Source: Thermosulfurimonas dismutans (GTDB lineage Bacteria > Desulfobacterota > Thermodesulfobacteria > Thermodesulfobacteriales > Thermodesulfobacteriaceae). Taken from it: 32,000 nt of DNA. Both the position numbers and the translations under genes were made by a program. Below are positions 1-9,099 of this stretch, in pieces. The notes beneath the pieces are model-generated. The model saw only the letters and a list, made by a program, of their open reading frames with translations. It was not told the origin of the DNA and made no database searches. Within the stretch, counting starts at the first letter, position 1. Each line of letters begins with the position of its first letter. The stretch covers positions 1 through 32,000 of the forward strand of contig NZ_LWLG01000011.1 of NCBI RefSeq assembly GCF_001652585.1, in the 5' to 3' direction.

Positions 1-281
1 TTCCGGTTCCAGAAGTGCTGAAACTCAAGGGCGATCTTTACTACCAGCCGCAAATTGGAAGTCACCAGTTTATAGGCCAGACGGGGATCCCTGGTCTCAT
101 AATATTCCTTGGCGATGCGTTCTTCCTCTTCCCGAGAAAGGAGCGGAAACTTGCTTATCTCGGCCAGATACCGCTGAAGGGGGTCAACCGAAGAAGGCAG
201 ACCCTCCTTTTCCTCAGCTAAAACCGGAAGAGTCTCTTTAACCTGGTTTTCGTCCAAAAGTTTATCCTCTTTTCGGCCCAT
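1..281 (-). CDS. RNA polymerase sigma factor, sigma-70 family (N-terminal part only; the gene runs off the window start), RpoH/alternative-sigma-like
   Basis: Absent from the ORF track because it is truncated. My translation from the ATG at 281-279 is MGRKEDKLLDENQVKETLPVLAEEKEGLPSSVDPLQRYLAEISKFPLLSREEEERIAKEYYETRDPRLAYKLVTSNLRLVVKIALEFQHFWNR. It shows a region 1.2-like DPLQRYLxEI..PLLSxEEE and a region 2-like LVxSNLRLVVKIA. The lead-in before region 1.2 is short (about 30 aa). Confidence 0.8.
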   Translation of the reverse strand, partial: MGRKEDKLLDENQVKETLPVLAEEKEGLPSSVDPLQRYLAEISKFPLLSREEEERIAKEYYETRDPRLAYKLVTSNLRLVVKIALEFQHFWNR

Positions 282-294
282 GGAATTAATTATA
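282..294 (-). promoter_or_regulatory. Perfect -10 hexamer TATAAT (294..289, minus strand) lying 7 nt upstream of the sigma-factor ATG; candidate leaderless promoter
   Basis: The minus strand reads cggTATAATtaattccATG. There is no Shine-Dalgarno sequence between the hexamer and the ATG. The -35 region is weak: ATAGAA at 17 nt, and TTGAGA only 10 nt away. Confidence 0.4.
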
Positions 295-306
295 CCGATT
301 TAGATC

Positions 307-2187
307 TCAAATTCTATAACCATGTTTGCGGAGGTAGACCTGGATGGCCGCGATGGCCGCCGGCGTGACCCCGGAAATCCTTAAGGCCTGTCCGAAAGAG
401 GCCGGTCTCACCTTGGAGAGCTTTTCCCGGACCTCGTTTGAAAGCCCGGGGATCTTCCAATAGTCGAGATCCTCAGGGAGGCGCATATGCTCCCAGCGCC
501 GGAAACGCTCCACCTCTGCTCGTTGCCGCTCGATGTAGCCCGCATACTTGGTTTCGATTTCAAGCTCTTCAAGGACCTCTCCGGGAAGTTCCCCAAGCTC
601 GGGATAGAGAGGAACTATCCTTTCGAGGGGGACATCGGGACGCCTAAGGAGATCGTAGAGTTTTACCGACTCCCTGAGGGGGGCGCTCCCTATGGACTCG
701 AGGACACTGTTTACCTCCTCCGGCCGGACCTTGATCTCGCGAAGTAACCGGAACCCTTTCTCTAGCAAGGTCTTTTTGCGCTCGAACCGGGCCCAGTCTT
801 CATCGGAGATGAGACCGAGCCTTCTGGCAAGGGGCATAAGCCTCAAGTCCGCGTTGTCCTCTCGAAGAAGAAGCCGGTACTCGGCCCGGGAAGTGAACAT
901 GCGGTATGGTTCCTTGGTGCCCTTGGTCACGAGATCGTCTATGAGGACCCCGATATAGGCCTGCGAACGATCGAGCACGAAGGGCTCTTCTTCCCGGACA
1001 TAGAGGGCAGCGTTGATGCCGGCGATGATGCCCTGGGCCGCGGCCTCCTCGTAACCCGAGGTCCCGTTGATCTGGCCCGCAAGGAAGAGCCCCGCGACGA
1101 GCTTGGTCTCCAAGGTGTGTTTGAGCTGGATGGGATCAACATAGTCGTATTCGATGGCATAGCCGGGTCTTAGAATTTCGGCCTTTTCAAGCCCCGGAAT
1201 ACTTCTCACCATCCGCCACTGCACATCCACCGGGAGACTAGTGCTAATCCCATTGGGATAAACTTCTACCGTATCAAGCCCCTCGGGCTCGAGAAAAACC
1301 TGGTGTCTTTCCCGGTCCGGGAACCGGAAGACCTTGTCCTCTATGGAAGGACAATAACGGGCTCCCACCCCTTTTATGATCCCGGTGAAAAGAGGGGAGC
1401 GATCTACGCCTCCCTTTATGATCTCGTGGGTCTCCGGGGTGGTATAGGTAATGAAACAGGGCACCTGGGGAAGCGGCGGCCTTTTGCCCTTATTGCGAAA
1501 GGAGAAAAGTGGCGGAGGATCGTCCCCCCACTGGATCTCAAGCCGAGAATAATCTATGGTTCGGCCGTCAAGGCGGGGACAGGTTCCAGTCTTGAGCCGG
1601 CCTATCTCAAAACCCAGTTCCCGGAGACACTCCGAGAGGCGATTCGAGGGCGGATCTCCCATTCGGCCGGCCGCAAAGTGTTCAAGACCGATATGTATGA
1701 GGCCGCGCAGGAAGGTCCCGGTGGTCACCACCACGGTCTTTCCATGATAGACCTCCCCTACCCTGGTCTCGACGCCATAGATCCTCCGGTCGCGCACCAG
1801 AAGGCGGGAGACCATAGCCTGCTTCACGGTCACACGAGGAGCTCTCTCTAGCACCCGTTTCATGCGGGCCTGGTAGCGCATGCGGTCGGCCTGGGCTCGG
1901 GTGGCCCTCACCGCCGGTCCCTTCCGGGTGTTGAGCTTCCGAAACTGGATCCCTGTCTCGTCGATAGCCCGGGCCATCTCCCCGCCAAGGGCGTCGATCT
2001 CTTTTACGAGATGTCCCTTGGCCAGCCCACCGATGGCCGGGTTGCAGCTCATGGCCCCGATGCGCTCTAGGTTCACGGTAAGGACCAGCACCCGGCAGCC
2101 CATCCGCGAGGCCGCAAGCGCGGCCTCAATACCGGCGTGCCCGGCACCAATCACTATGACATCAAAAGTCTCCGGATAGACACTCAC
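307..2187 (-). CDS. mnmG: tRNA uridine-5-carboxymethylaminomethyl(34) synthesis enzyme MnmG (GidA)
   Basis: 626 aa. The N-terminal FAD fold is [23 protein letters not shown], and the length and overall pattern are typical of GidA. It has a GTG start whose GTGA overlaps the stop of the upstream BON gene. Confidence 0.96.
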   Translation of the reverse strand: MSVYPETFDVIVIGAGHAGIEAALAASRMGCRVLVLTVNLERIGAMSCNPAIGGLAKGHLVKEIDALGGEMARAIDETGIQFRKLNTRKGPAVRATRAQADRMRYQARMKRVLERAPRVTVKQAMVSRLLVRDRRIYGVETRVGEVYHGKTVVVTTGTFLRGLIHIGLEHFAAGRMGDPPSNRLSECLRELGFEIGRLKTGTCPRLDGRTIDYSRLEIQWGDDPPPLFSFRNKGKRPPLPQVPCFITYTTPETHEIIKGGVDRSPLFTGIIKGVGARYCPSIEDKVFRFPDRERHQVFLEPEGLDTVEVYPNGISTSLPVDVQWRMVRSIPGLEKAEILRPGYAIEYDYVDPIQLKHTLETKLVAGLFLAGQINGTSGYEEAAAQGIIAGINAALYVREEEPFVLDRSQAYIGVLIDDLVTKGTKEPYRMFTSRAEYRLLLREDNADLRLMPLARRLGLISDEDWARFERKKTLLEKGFRLLREIKVRPEEVNSVLESIGSAPLRESVKLYDLLRRPDVPLERIVPLYPELGELPGEVLEELEIETKYAGYIERQRAEVERFRRWEHMRLPEDLDYWKIPGLSNEVREKLSKVRPASFGQALRISGVTPAAIAAIQVYLRKHGYRI

Positions 2188-2765
2188 GGTTCGTTCTCTA
2201 TGGTAAGATTGTCAACGACGTCCTTTACCCCTTTGGTAGTCCGGACGATTTCAAGCACCCGCCGGCGTTGCTCTTCACTTTTTACCATACCGGTAAGGGT
2301 AACCACGCCGTTTACCGTGTCTACATCAATCGAAAGGGAACGAATACCGGGTTCGGCAATGAGCTTGGTCTTGATACGGGCGGTAAGGAGCTTGTCATCC
2401 AGGCTCCGTCCGAAACTCCGGTGCCCCACCATCAGGTTGTTCCTTACGCCCCTTACCCCATTTACCCTCTTAGCCACCTCTTCGGCCTTCTTTCTTTCGG
2501 CCTCGGTCTCTACCATCCCGGTAAGAGTCACGATCCCGTTCACGGTATCCACATCAATCTTACGGGCCTTGGTCACCGGGTCTTTTATCAGGGCCATCTT
2601 TACCCGAGCCGTGATAGTGGCATCGTCCGTCTGGGTCCCTACCGAGCGGGGATCGGTGGCCACCTTGTAACCAGCGGTAGCTCCACCAGCCACCACCGCC
2701 GCTCCGCAACTCCAGAGGAGGGGCAGGACCAGCAGGAGAAACAACCCTTTCAAATAGGGTTTCAT
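2184..2765 (-). CDS. BON-domain (OsmY-like) putative lipoprotein with two tandem BON domains
   Basis: I trimmed the track ORF to the internal ATG at 2765, which is preceded by GGAAGGAGG. It has a signal peptide with a lipobox-like end ([20 protein letters not shown]). Two copies of the BON signature are present: [19 protein letters not shown] and [19 protein letters not shown]. Confidence 0.85.
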   Translation of the reverse strand: MKPYLKGLFLLLVLPLLWSCGAAVVAGGATAGYKVATDPRSVGTQTDDATITARVKMALIKDPVTKARKIDVDTVNGIVTLTGMVETEAERKKAEEVAKRVNGVRGVRNNLMVGHRSFGRSLDDKLLTARIKTKLIAEPGIRSLSIDVDTVNGVVTLTGMVKSEEQRRRVLEIVRTTKGVKDVVDNLTIENEP

Positions 2766-2820
2766 GTTTTCTTGCCTCCTTCCGAAAAAGTATTTAGGAT
2801 TAAAGACAAGGAGATCGGCC

Positions 2821-3186
2821 ATGAAAATATTTTGGGACCCCAACGCTCCTTTAGATTTTACCCCGGGCCGGAAGACCGGCAAAGTAGAAAAAAACTTTGA
2901 GGTCTATTTCAGGGAGGCCCTCTCCCGGAACGAGGCCTCGCGGGAGGACTTCTCCCAAGCCGTGGCCCTGGTGGAGGAGATGCTCCCTCTCCTAGATCGC
3001 CTCTCCGAGGATCCAATCTCTCGTAGTCAGGCCGAAACCCTGGCGGACATCCTCTCTGAGAGGGCCAGACAGCTTGACGAGCTTCTTTCCCATCTTCCCG
3101 AAGGTCCCCTGCGTAGGACCCTTTCCGAGGCCGCCATCCTCTTTGGGGTAGAGGCCGAAAAACTACGGCGCGGATTTTATATCTAA
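2821..3186 (+). CDS. Hypothetical small helical protein (121 aa)
   Basis: The ATG at 2821 is preceded by AAGGAG at 2809-2814. The composition is protein-like, but I recognise no domain. The 3' end overlaps the addB-like stop. The track start at 2764 would overlap the divergent BON gene start. Confidence 0.5.
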   Translation: MKIFWDPNAPLDFTPGRKTGKVEKNFEVYFREALSRNEASREDFSQAVALVEEMLPLLDRLSEDPISRSQAETLADILSERARQLDELLSHLPEGPLRRTLSEAAILFGVEAEKLRRGFYI

Positions 3187-6008
3187 ACCGGTTTCCGCCC
3201 CGGGCAGGCGTAGAGATAGTCGCAGAAGCGGCAGCCGGGCGGTTTCTCCGGAATAAAGAAGGCCTCCGCAGATAACATGTGCTCTATAAGAAGAGTCAGA
3301 AGCCTGGGGAAGACTTCTCCCCGCAGGCGTAAGAGATCCTCCTCGGAAAGCCCCCCGTCTCTGGTATTAAAGGGCGCCCGGTAAAGGAGCGGTTTGAAGA
3401 GCTCCCGGTCCTTTCCGCTGGCAAGCTGGACATAGGCCGCGTCCTGGGCCTCCTCCTTGAGGAAGAGATAGAGAAGGAGCTGGAGATCCGGCATCCTCTC
3501 TCTCAGGGCCGAGAGTCCCTCCAGGGTAGGCGGAGCCGAGAAATCCTCCTCGAGCAACTCCCGCAGACGCTTCAGGCTAAGCGACCGGACGCTGCCCCCG
3601 GTCTTGTAGTCCAGGATCACCAGACCACTCTCGAATTCGTCCACCCGGTCAAGCCGTCCGTAGAATTTGAGGCCCAGGGAGGGGTGTTCTCTCCTTACCG
3701 ACCTCTCCAAAGAGACGATCCTGAAGACCGGTATCTCCCTCAGGACCTCTAGATAGCGCTTGAGGCGGAACTCCGCGGTTCGGGTAATGAAAAATCTCCT
3801 TTCCGGACCGAGCCTCCGGGAAAGGACACTTCTTTCAAACTCTTCGCGGAAAAGCGCAAGCAGCCGTTCGGGGTCATTGTCCCGACGAGGTTCATAGTGG
3901 CGTCCCTCAAAAGGCTTGAAGTATCTCTCGAGCACGGCGTGTATGACGGTTCCGAGCTCAGCGGCGTCGTAGTCCGTAATCCGGGCCGGGGGTTTAAGTT
4001 CAAGGAGGTACCGGAAATAGAACCGCGCCGGGCACTCCAGATAGGTCTCTAAGAAGGTAGCACTGATCTCCCTTTCGAAAAGGATGCGCTCTATCTCCTC
4101 TCGCTCAGCCCGTCCCCGCGGAATCGCGGTCTCCGGGCTCCGGGGTTTTAAGAACAGGGGAAGATGCTTCAAAAGTTCGTCGTTTTCCGTAAAGAGCCTC
4201 TTCCGCCGGCGTTCCTCTTCCCAGAGAAGGGCCTCCACATAACGGCTTCTCACCTGAGGAGGGCGTCTTGCGGAGGTCTCCGTAACCGAGAGATAGAAAA
4301 TATCCACCTCCCGGGCGGCCGCAATTAGACGCCGGAAGTGATATCTCTCCAAGGCCTCCTGCCTCGAACGGGGTGGAAGCGAAAGGGCCGGCCTCACCCC
4401 CTCTGGAAGAAGGGGGTTTATCTCCTCCGGAGAAGGGAGCGACCCCTCATTGGCGTCAAGCACGATGACCTTCCTGAAGGAAAGCAGACGGGTCTCAAGG
4501 AGCCCCATCACCTGAAGACCACAGAGGGGATCTCCCTCAAAGGGGGCCTTGAGGCCTGAGAGTAGTTCTCGGAAAAGTCTGAAAAGGGTCTCGGGTTTGA
4601 GGGGTTCGTCCGCGAAGGAAGAGGCCGCAAAGAGGGGCAGGATCTCGGACTCTAGGGCGTAAAGAAAGTGCCGGGCCAGGATGTCCTGGTTATCGCGGGC
4701 CTCGCGCAACCTTTCCCTCCGGGGCGCAACTACCCTCTCAAGGATCTCAAAGAGGACCTCCGCAAACCTCCGGGGGGTGTTCACCACTGCAAGCGGCCGA
4801 ATAAATCGCCGGTGGAAATCCTCAAGGGCCTGGTCTCCACCGGCAAGCTCCTCGATCTCGAAAAGGGACAGGTAGGGACTTCCGTGTTCCCTGAGGAGGG
4901 CCTCAAGGGACTTTTCCCGGGCCTTTAGGGCCACAAAGCTTCCCCGGATGTAAGGGTGTTTTAGCAGGGCCAGATAGGTCATCACGGGATAGCGTTCCCC
5001 GAGGCGCTTTTCGTGAAGTTCCATAAGGAGCAGAAGGAAGGAGGCCGGAAGAGAGCGTTTTACCGGGTATCCCAGGGTGATGTTCACAGGAAGACTCTCG
5101 GGAAGACTGTATAGGAGCGGCAGGAGGTGACCGGCCACGGGAAGGAGGATCAGGACTTCGTCCGGGGTGAGGATCTTTTTAGGAAGGAGATCGGCCGCCG
5201 CCCGGCATTCCTGATGCACATCCGCGGCTACCCGGAAGGTTATCCGCGGGCGCCTGACCGGAAATTTCTTAAAAGGCACAGGGTCAAGTCCGAGACGAGA
5301 AAGGGTCTCCTCCAGAAAATCCGGAATGTCCTCGGGGCGGCCTTCGAAAAAGACCTCGGCTCCGGCGGAGATAAATGCCCGGAAGACCTCCGCCTCGGCA
5401 CGGGATAGGGCCGCAAACCCGCAAAGATAACAGGGCCCATCCGGGGAGAAGCATTCCTCAATCCTTTCCGCAAGGAGCCGCAACCTTTCGGCCGGAGTGG
5501 TAAAGCCCTTCTCTCTCAGGAGCTTCCGGTAGCGGGTGGCCACTTCCGAAAGATGGGCGAGAAGATTTCGGGCCTCCTGTGGAAGGTCCTCCGGGGGATA
5601 GAGCAGATCTTTTACCGGGACCATTTCCTTCTCGAATTCCTCCAGGACCTCCGAAAGCCTGATCCCCCAGGGCAAAAAACGGTCAAAACTTTCGGCTGTC
5701 CGGGAAAAAACCGGGGAATCCCTCACGATGGCATAGAGCCACCAGGCCCTCTCGGCCGGAGGGATCACCGGCCGGGGGTCGAGTCTTACCGCAAGCTCGT
5801 TCACCAGATCCGAGAAGGCGTAGATCCGCGGAGAAAGGAAGGGACCTCTCAGGTTATGGTAGAGATAATACCTCAGGTAGAGGGCCGCCCGGCGGGTAGG
5901 AAGGACTACGGTCACCCGGGCGAGTTCACGGCCGTGTCTGGCGGCGAGCTCCCCAGCCAGGGTCTTCAAAAAACCGGCCTCAGGCGGAATGAAATAGGCG
6001 GGCCTCAA
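3183..6008 (-). CDS. addB: AddB-like helicase-nuclease subunit: inactivated SF1-helicase-like N-terminus plus a C-terminal PD-(D/E)XK nuclease with an Fe-S Cys cluster
   Basis: 941 aa. The N-terminus (FIPPEAGFLKTLAGELA...VVLPTRRAALYLR) lacks a Walker A motif, as in proteobacterial-type AddB. The C-terminus has ECPARFYFRYLL, GTVIHAVLE, GRLDRVD, ILDYKTG and CRFCDYLYAC, giving a 1+3 Cys pattern. The TTG start has GGGAGG 7 nt upstream and forms a TTGA overlap with the upstream ORF. Confidence 0.85.
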   Translation of the reverse strand: MRPAYFIPPEAGFLKTLAGELAARHGRELARVTVVLPTRRAALYLRYYLYHNLRGPFLSPRIYAFSDLVNELAVRLDPRPVIPPAERAWWLYAIVRDSPVFSRTAESFDRFLPWGIRLSEVLEEFEKEMVPVKDLLYPPEDLPQEARNLLAHLSEVATRYRKLLREKGFTTPAERLRLLAERIEECFSPDGPCYLCGFAALSRAEAEVFRAFISAGAEVFFEGRPEDIPDFLEETLSRLGLDPVPFKKFPVRRPRITFRVAADVHQECRAAADLLPKKILTPDEVLILLPVAGHLLPLLYSLPESLPVNITLGYPVKRSLPASFLLLLMELHEKRLGERYPVMTYLALLKHPYIRGSFVALKAREKSLEALLREHGSPYLSLFEIEELAGGDQALEDFHRRFIRPLAVVNTPRRFAEVLFEILERVVAPRRERLREARDNQDILARHFLYALESEILPLFAASSFADEPLKPETLFRLFRELLSGLKAPFEGDPLCGLQVMGLLETRLLSFRKVIVLDANEGSLPSPEEINPLLPEGVRPALSLPPRSRQEALERYHFRRLIAAAREVDIFYLSVTETSARRPPQVRSRYVEALLWEEERRRKRLFTENDELLKHLPLFLKPRSPETAIPRGRAEREEIERILFEREISATFLETYLECPARFYFRYLLELKPPARITDYDAAELGTVIHAVLERYFKPFEGRHYEPRRDNDPERLLALFREEFERSVLSRRLGPERRFFITRTAEFRLKRYLEVLREIPVFRIVSLERSVRREHPSLGLKFYGRLDRVDEFESGLVILDYKTGGSVRSLSLKRLRELLEEDFSAPPTLEGLSALRERMPDLQLLLYLFLKEEAQDAAYVQLASGKDRELFKPLLYRAPFNTRDGGLSEEDLLRLRGEVFPRLLTLLIEHMLSAEAFFIPEKPPGCRFCDYLYACPGRKPV

Positions 6009-6523
6009 AGAGGAACCTCCCTGAGTTCAGGTGGTCTCAAATAAAAAAGATAGCCCCTTACCGGAGATCCCCATATCGCGGAAAGTCCCCTGAGGTACTC
6101 CCGCACCTGTTTTTCATGTTCGGTGCTCGGGCCGGAGAGTTTGTACTCCAACACCACCGGACCCTCGGGCAAAAACACGATACGGTCCGGCCGGTGCCCC
6201 TCGGGACCGTTTTCTCCCACGGTCACGAAGGGGTGTTCGCGGAGGTCCCTCAAACCCGGGCTAAAGAAGGGCCTTGCCGCCGGGAGGCTGAGAGCGGAAA
6301 AAAGAATCTCCGTAAGCTCCCTGAAATAGGTCTCCCTCTCCGTCAAAGGTTCGGGGTAGAGGGCAAGGGCCCGCCTTACGGCCTCCTCGACCTCCTCGCG
6401 AACTCCACTGAAGGCCGGAAGAAAATAAAGGGCCAGATGGGCCATCTCCCCCAGGACTCGCTCCCGATCCATCTCCCCGAGCACCTTAAGCGCCCGTCTT
6501 TGCTGAAAAATACGAACCCTCAT
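6005..6523 (-). CDS. Stand-alone PD-(D/E)XK nuclease domain protein (equivalent to the AddA/RecB C-terminal nuclease domain)
   Basis: 172 aa. Motifs are LGEMAHLALYFL (GxxxHxxL-like), HRPDRIVFL (the D motif) and VVLEYKLSG (E-x-K). It forms an ATGA overlap with the helicase stop and a TTGA overlap with the addB-like start. The Shine-Dalgarno sequence is weak (GGAAA). Confidence 0.75.
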   Translation of the reverse strand: MRVRIFQQRRALKVLGEMDRERVLGEMAHLALYFLPAFSGVREEVEEAVRRALALYPEPLTERETYFRELTEILFSALSLPAARPFFSPGLRDLREHPFVTVGENGPEGHRPDRIVFLPEGPVVLEYKLSGPSTEHEKQVREYLRGLSAIWGSPVRGYLFYLRPPELREVPL

Positions 6524-9000
6524 TTTCCAAGAATATCTCTTACCACGGATCCAACGGTGTAGTATCTGGTCTTTTCTGGGAGGAAGATATAAAGTCTCTC
6601 CCGCGGGCGGGTAAAGGCCACATAGAGGAGATTAAGGCTCTCGAGCACCTCCCGCCCTTTCTCCCTCAGTTTGGCCCGGGAGACCTCCTCGGAGGACTCC
6701 CTACGGGCCCGAATGAGCCCTCTTTCCGTAACCACGAGTTCGTCCTTCCCCTTGGGCCCCCAGGTAAGGTAAGGCACCACCACCGCGGAAAACTCAAGTC
6801 CTTTGGCGGCGTGGATGGTAAAAACCCTCACAGCCTGAAGCTCGCGCGGCAGCCCCACTTTCTCCTCAAGCCCCTCTTCCTCCCAGAGGGCAAGAAAATC
6901 CGAAAGACTCAGGGCCTCCTCTTCATATCTCAGGACCGCGGTGAGAAACCTCGAAAGATAAAGATCTTCCTCTGGGAAACGCTCCCTGAGGCGGAACCTC
7001 TCCACGATGGCCTGTACCAACTCATAGAGGGATAAACGCTCGAGGTCGCGGGAAAGCCCATCAAGAAGGTCAACCAGGGCTTCGGCCCTCGCCTCGAGAT
7101 AGGCCTTGAGACCGGGGGCCCCATTTCTCTTCTCCGCAAGATAGGCCTCTAGGAGCCCCTCACCTCTTTCTGGAAGGGGGCTTTTCAGAAAACCGGCCAG
7201 GGCGGTCTCGTCCTCAGGGTAATTGAGGTACTGGAGGAGGGATAGGATGCCCTTTACGAGGGGAGAATTTTCGAGCCTCAGGGCCCGATCGGTTACCGCC
7301 GGGATCCCCCTTTCGAAAAGGAAAGTGGCAATCTCTTCGGCCTCCCGGTTTTCCCTTACCAGGATCGCCACCGTCCCCCCGGTCCTCACATAGGTCTCGT
7401 AAAGTCCGGGGATAAGCTCTGCAAGCTTCTCAAAGATCCCCTCCCGGAACCTTTCCCGGTCCTCATCCGAAGGCACGGTAACGATCTCCACCTCCCCCTC
7501 CGGGGCTTCGGAAAGGATCTCCTGCTCAAGATCGGAGAAGGCCGTTTCCAACTTTGAGGCCAACTCCTCGGAGACCTCGCAGTCTTTCGGAGGTTTTCTC
7601 CCGTGCAGGAGTTTGCGCACCACCTCGTGGGCCCGCTCGACTAAAGTGGAGAAGAAACGGTTGTTGAACGCAACGATCCTTTGGGCCGAACGGAAATTGT
7701 GTGGCAGGCTTTCGGAAAAAACCTCCCCCGGAAGTCCTTGCGGAACCTCAAAAAAGAGAGCCGGATCCCCACCCCGCCACATGTATATGGCCTGTTTCAC
7801 ATCCCCCACATAAAGAAGGCTACCGCCTGAGGAGATAACCTCTTCCACCAGGGGATAAAGGGCCTGCCACTGAAGGCGATTGGTATCCTGGAACTCGTCA
7901 ATCAGGAAATGCCTGATACGGGTTCCGATCTTAAGGTAAATGAGGGGCGGGGGATTCTCGGAAAGAAACCTCACCAGCAATTCCGTCCAGCTTCCCACCT
8001 GAAGAAGCCCCTCCTCCTCTCTCAGAGAGAGGAGCTCTCCGGAAAGCTCCCGGAAGAGCCTCTCATAGGGAGCCACCTCCGCCCGCGCTTTAGCAGTAAG
8101 GTAGATCGAAAGTTTTCCTTTGAGTTTCTGATAATCTCCATCCAAGGCCTCGGCGAGTTTGCGGCAGCGGGCCTTAAGCACCTCTCTGAAGGAATCTTTT
8201 TTAAAGACCTTGCTCCAGTAGTAACGGGGGGGATCAAGGATATAGGTCTCCCAGCTAGGATAGGCGAACTCTCCCCTTTCGGAAAGGACCCTTTCACAAA
8301 GGGTCCTTCCAAGCCTCCGCAGTTCCTCCTCGAGTGCGGAGAGGTCCTCGCCTGGATCCCGGGCTTCTAGAAGCCTGCCCCCTGCCCTCTGGCTTAGAAG
8401 GCCGTAGATCTCCCGCATCCGCCGACGAAAGTGTTTCTCGGGGTTGAAACCTCCCCGGCCCTCGATCTCAAGAAAGGTGAAAAGGGCCCGGGCGAAGACC
8501 TCCTCAAGTTTCGGATCCTCCCGGAGCCTTAGAAGCAATCTATCGAAGGCTCTATTCAAAAAGAGGTCTTCCCGAATCTCAGCCGAAAGCTCGGGACGAA
8601 GGCCGAGTTCTATGGCGAGACCCCGGATGAGAGTGAAGATGAGGCTATCAATGGTCCGCACCTGAAACACATGATAGTGGTTGAAGATGGTCTCAAGCCA
8701 GGCGGCGGCCTCCTCGGGAAACAGCCCGGTCTCGGCCGATAGTTTCTTTCCTAGATCCGTGAAAAGGGCGATGTTCTTGAGAAAGTAGATGATGCGTTCC
8801 CGCATCTCGGCCGCGGCCTGATTGGTGAAGGTCAAGGCCACGATCCCGGAAAGTCCTGCCTCCGAAGGGCACCCCTGAGATTTAAGAAGTCTCAGATAGT
8901 GGAGGGCCAGACGATAGGTCTTTCCGGCCCCGGCCGAGGCCGAAACCCGGAAGATCCCCCGGGGCTCAGGATAAAGTGGAAGCTCTAACAGCTCGGGCAT
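6520..9000 (-). CDS. addA: UvrD/Rep-family SF1 helicase, AddA-like, lacking the nuclease domain
   Basis: Walker A is SASAGAGKTYRL, motif II is HFLIDEFQDTN, followed by YVGDVKQAIYMWRGG, NFRS, TIHAAKGLEF and motif VI YVAFTRPRERLYIF. Only about 20 aa follow motif VI. I prefer the ATG at 9000 (TAAAAT 8 nt upstream) to the track's GTG at 9018. Confidence 0.88.
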   Translation of the reverse strand: MPELLELPLYPEPRGIFRVSASAGAGKTYRLALHYLRLLKSQGCPSEAGLSGIVALTFTNQAAAEMRERIIYFLKNIALFTDLGKKLSAETGLFPEEAAAWLETIFNHYHVFQVRTIDSLIFTLIRGLAIELGLRPELSAEIREDLFLNRAFDRLLLRLREDPKLEEVFARALFTFLEIEGRGGFNPEKHFRRRMREIYGLLSQRAGGRLLEARDPGEDLSALEEELRRLGRTLCERVLSERGEFAYPSWETYILDPPRYYWSKVFKKDSFREVLKARCRKLAEALDGDYQKLKGKLSIYLTAKARAEVAPYERLFRELSGELLSLREEEGLLQVGSWTELLVRFLSENPPPLIYLKIGTRIRHFLIDEFQDTNRLQWQALYPLVEEVISSGGSLLYVGDVKQAIYMWRGGDPALFFEVPQGLPGEVFSESLPHNFRSAQRIVAFNNRFFSTLVERAHEVVRKLLHGRKPPKDCEVSEELASKLETAFSDLEQEILSEAPEGEVEIVTVPSDEDRERFREGIFEKLAELIPGLYETYVRTGGTVAILVRENREAEEIATFLFERGIPAVTDRALRLENSPLVKGILSLLQYLNYPEDETALAGFLKSPLPERGEGLLEAYLAEKRNGAPGLKAYLEARAEALVDLLDGLSRDLERLSLYELVQAIVERFRLRERFPEEDLYLSRFLTAVLRYEEEALSLSDFLALWEEEGLEEKVGLPRELQAVRVFTIHAAKGLEFSAVVVPYLTWGPKGKDELVVTERGLIRARRESSEEVSRAKLREKGREVLESLNLLYVAFTRPRERLYIFLPEKTRYYTVGSVVRDILGK

Positions 9001-9036
9001 CGATCCCAATTTTAACACCTAGGGATCTTTTCATAA
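9001..9036 (-). promoter_or_regulatory. Candidate promoter TTATGA-16-TAAAAT followed by 8 nt and the helicase ATG
   Basis: On the minus strand TTATGA is at 9036..9031, TAAAAT is at 9014..9009 and the ATG is at 9000. No convincing Shine-Dalgarno sequence is present. Confidence 0.3.
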
Positions 9037-9062
9037 GGAGAACTTAGAGATCTAGGAGGTCC

Positions 9063-9090
9063 TTGCCGAGGCAAGACACCCGATTAAACT
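9063..9090 (+). promoter_or_regulatory. Candidate promoter TTGCCG-16-TAAACT followed by 9 nt and the ATG at 9100
   Basis: TTGCCG is at 9063-9068 and TAAACT at 9085-9090. The ATG at 9100 is preceded only by ggaaaaata. Confidence 0.35.
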
Positions 9091-9099
9091 GGAAAAATA

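Noticed and set aside
305-310. Good -35-like hexamers set too close to good -10 hexamers. Examples: TTGAGA 10 nt from TATAAT at 289-294; TTGACG 12 nt from TATAGT at 21292-21297; TTGACA 12-14 nt from TATATT/TATTAA near 30057-30064.
   Set aside because: Spacers of 10-14 nt are incompatible with sigma-70-type recognition. I either used alternative hexamers at 16-18 nt or reported only the -10 element. The recurrence is probably chance.
1303-1851. Long antisense ORFs in the track. Examples: 1303..1851 (+), 1880..2179 (+), 2137..2670 (+), 2268..2900 (+), 20044..20436 (+), 22020..22496 (-), 25323..25913 (-), 27333..27806 (-), plus many 60-100 aa ORFs inside addA/addB.
   Set aside because: Each lies opposite a gene with clear family motifs. 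Their sequences are low-complexity and rich in Arg, Ser and Pro, as expected from reading GC-rich coding DNA in the wrong frame. They have no Shine-Dalgarno sequences or recognisable motifs, so I treat them as shadow ORFs.
2184-2765. Internal DNA repeat within the BON gene.
   Set aside because: It is explained by the tandem duplication of the BON domain (two copies of [14 protein letters not shown]). It is not an independent repeat element.
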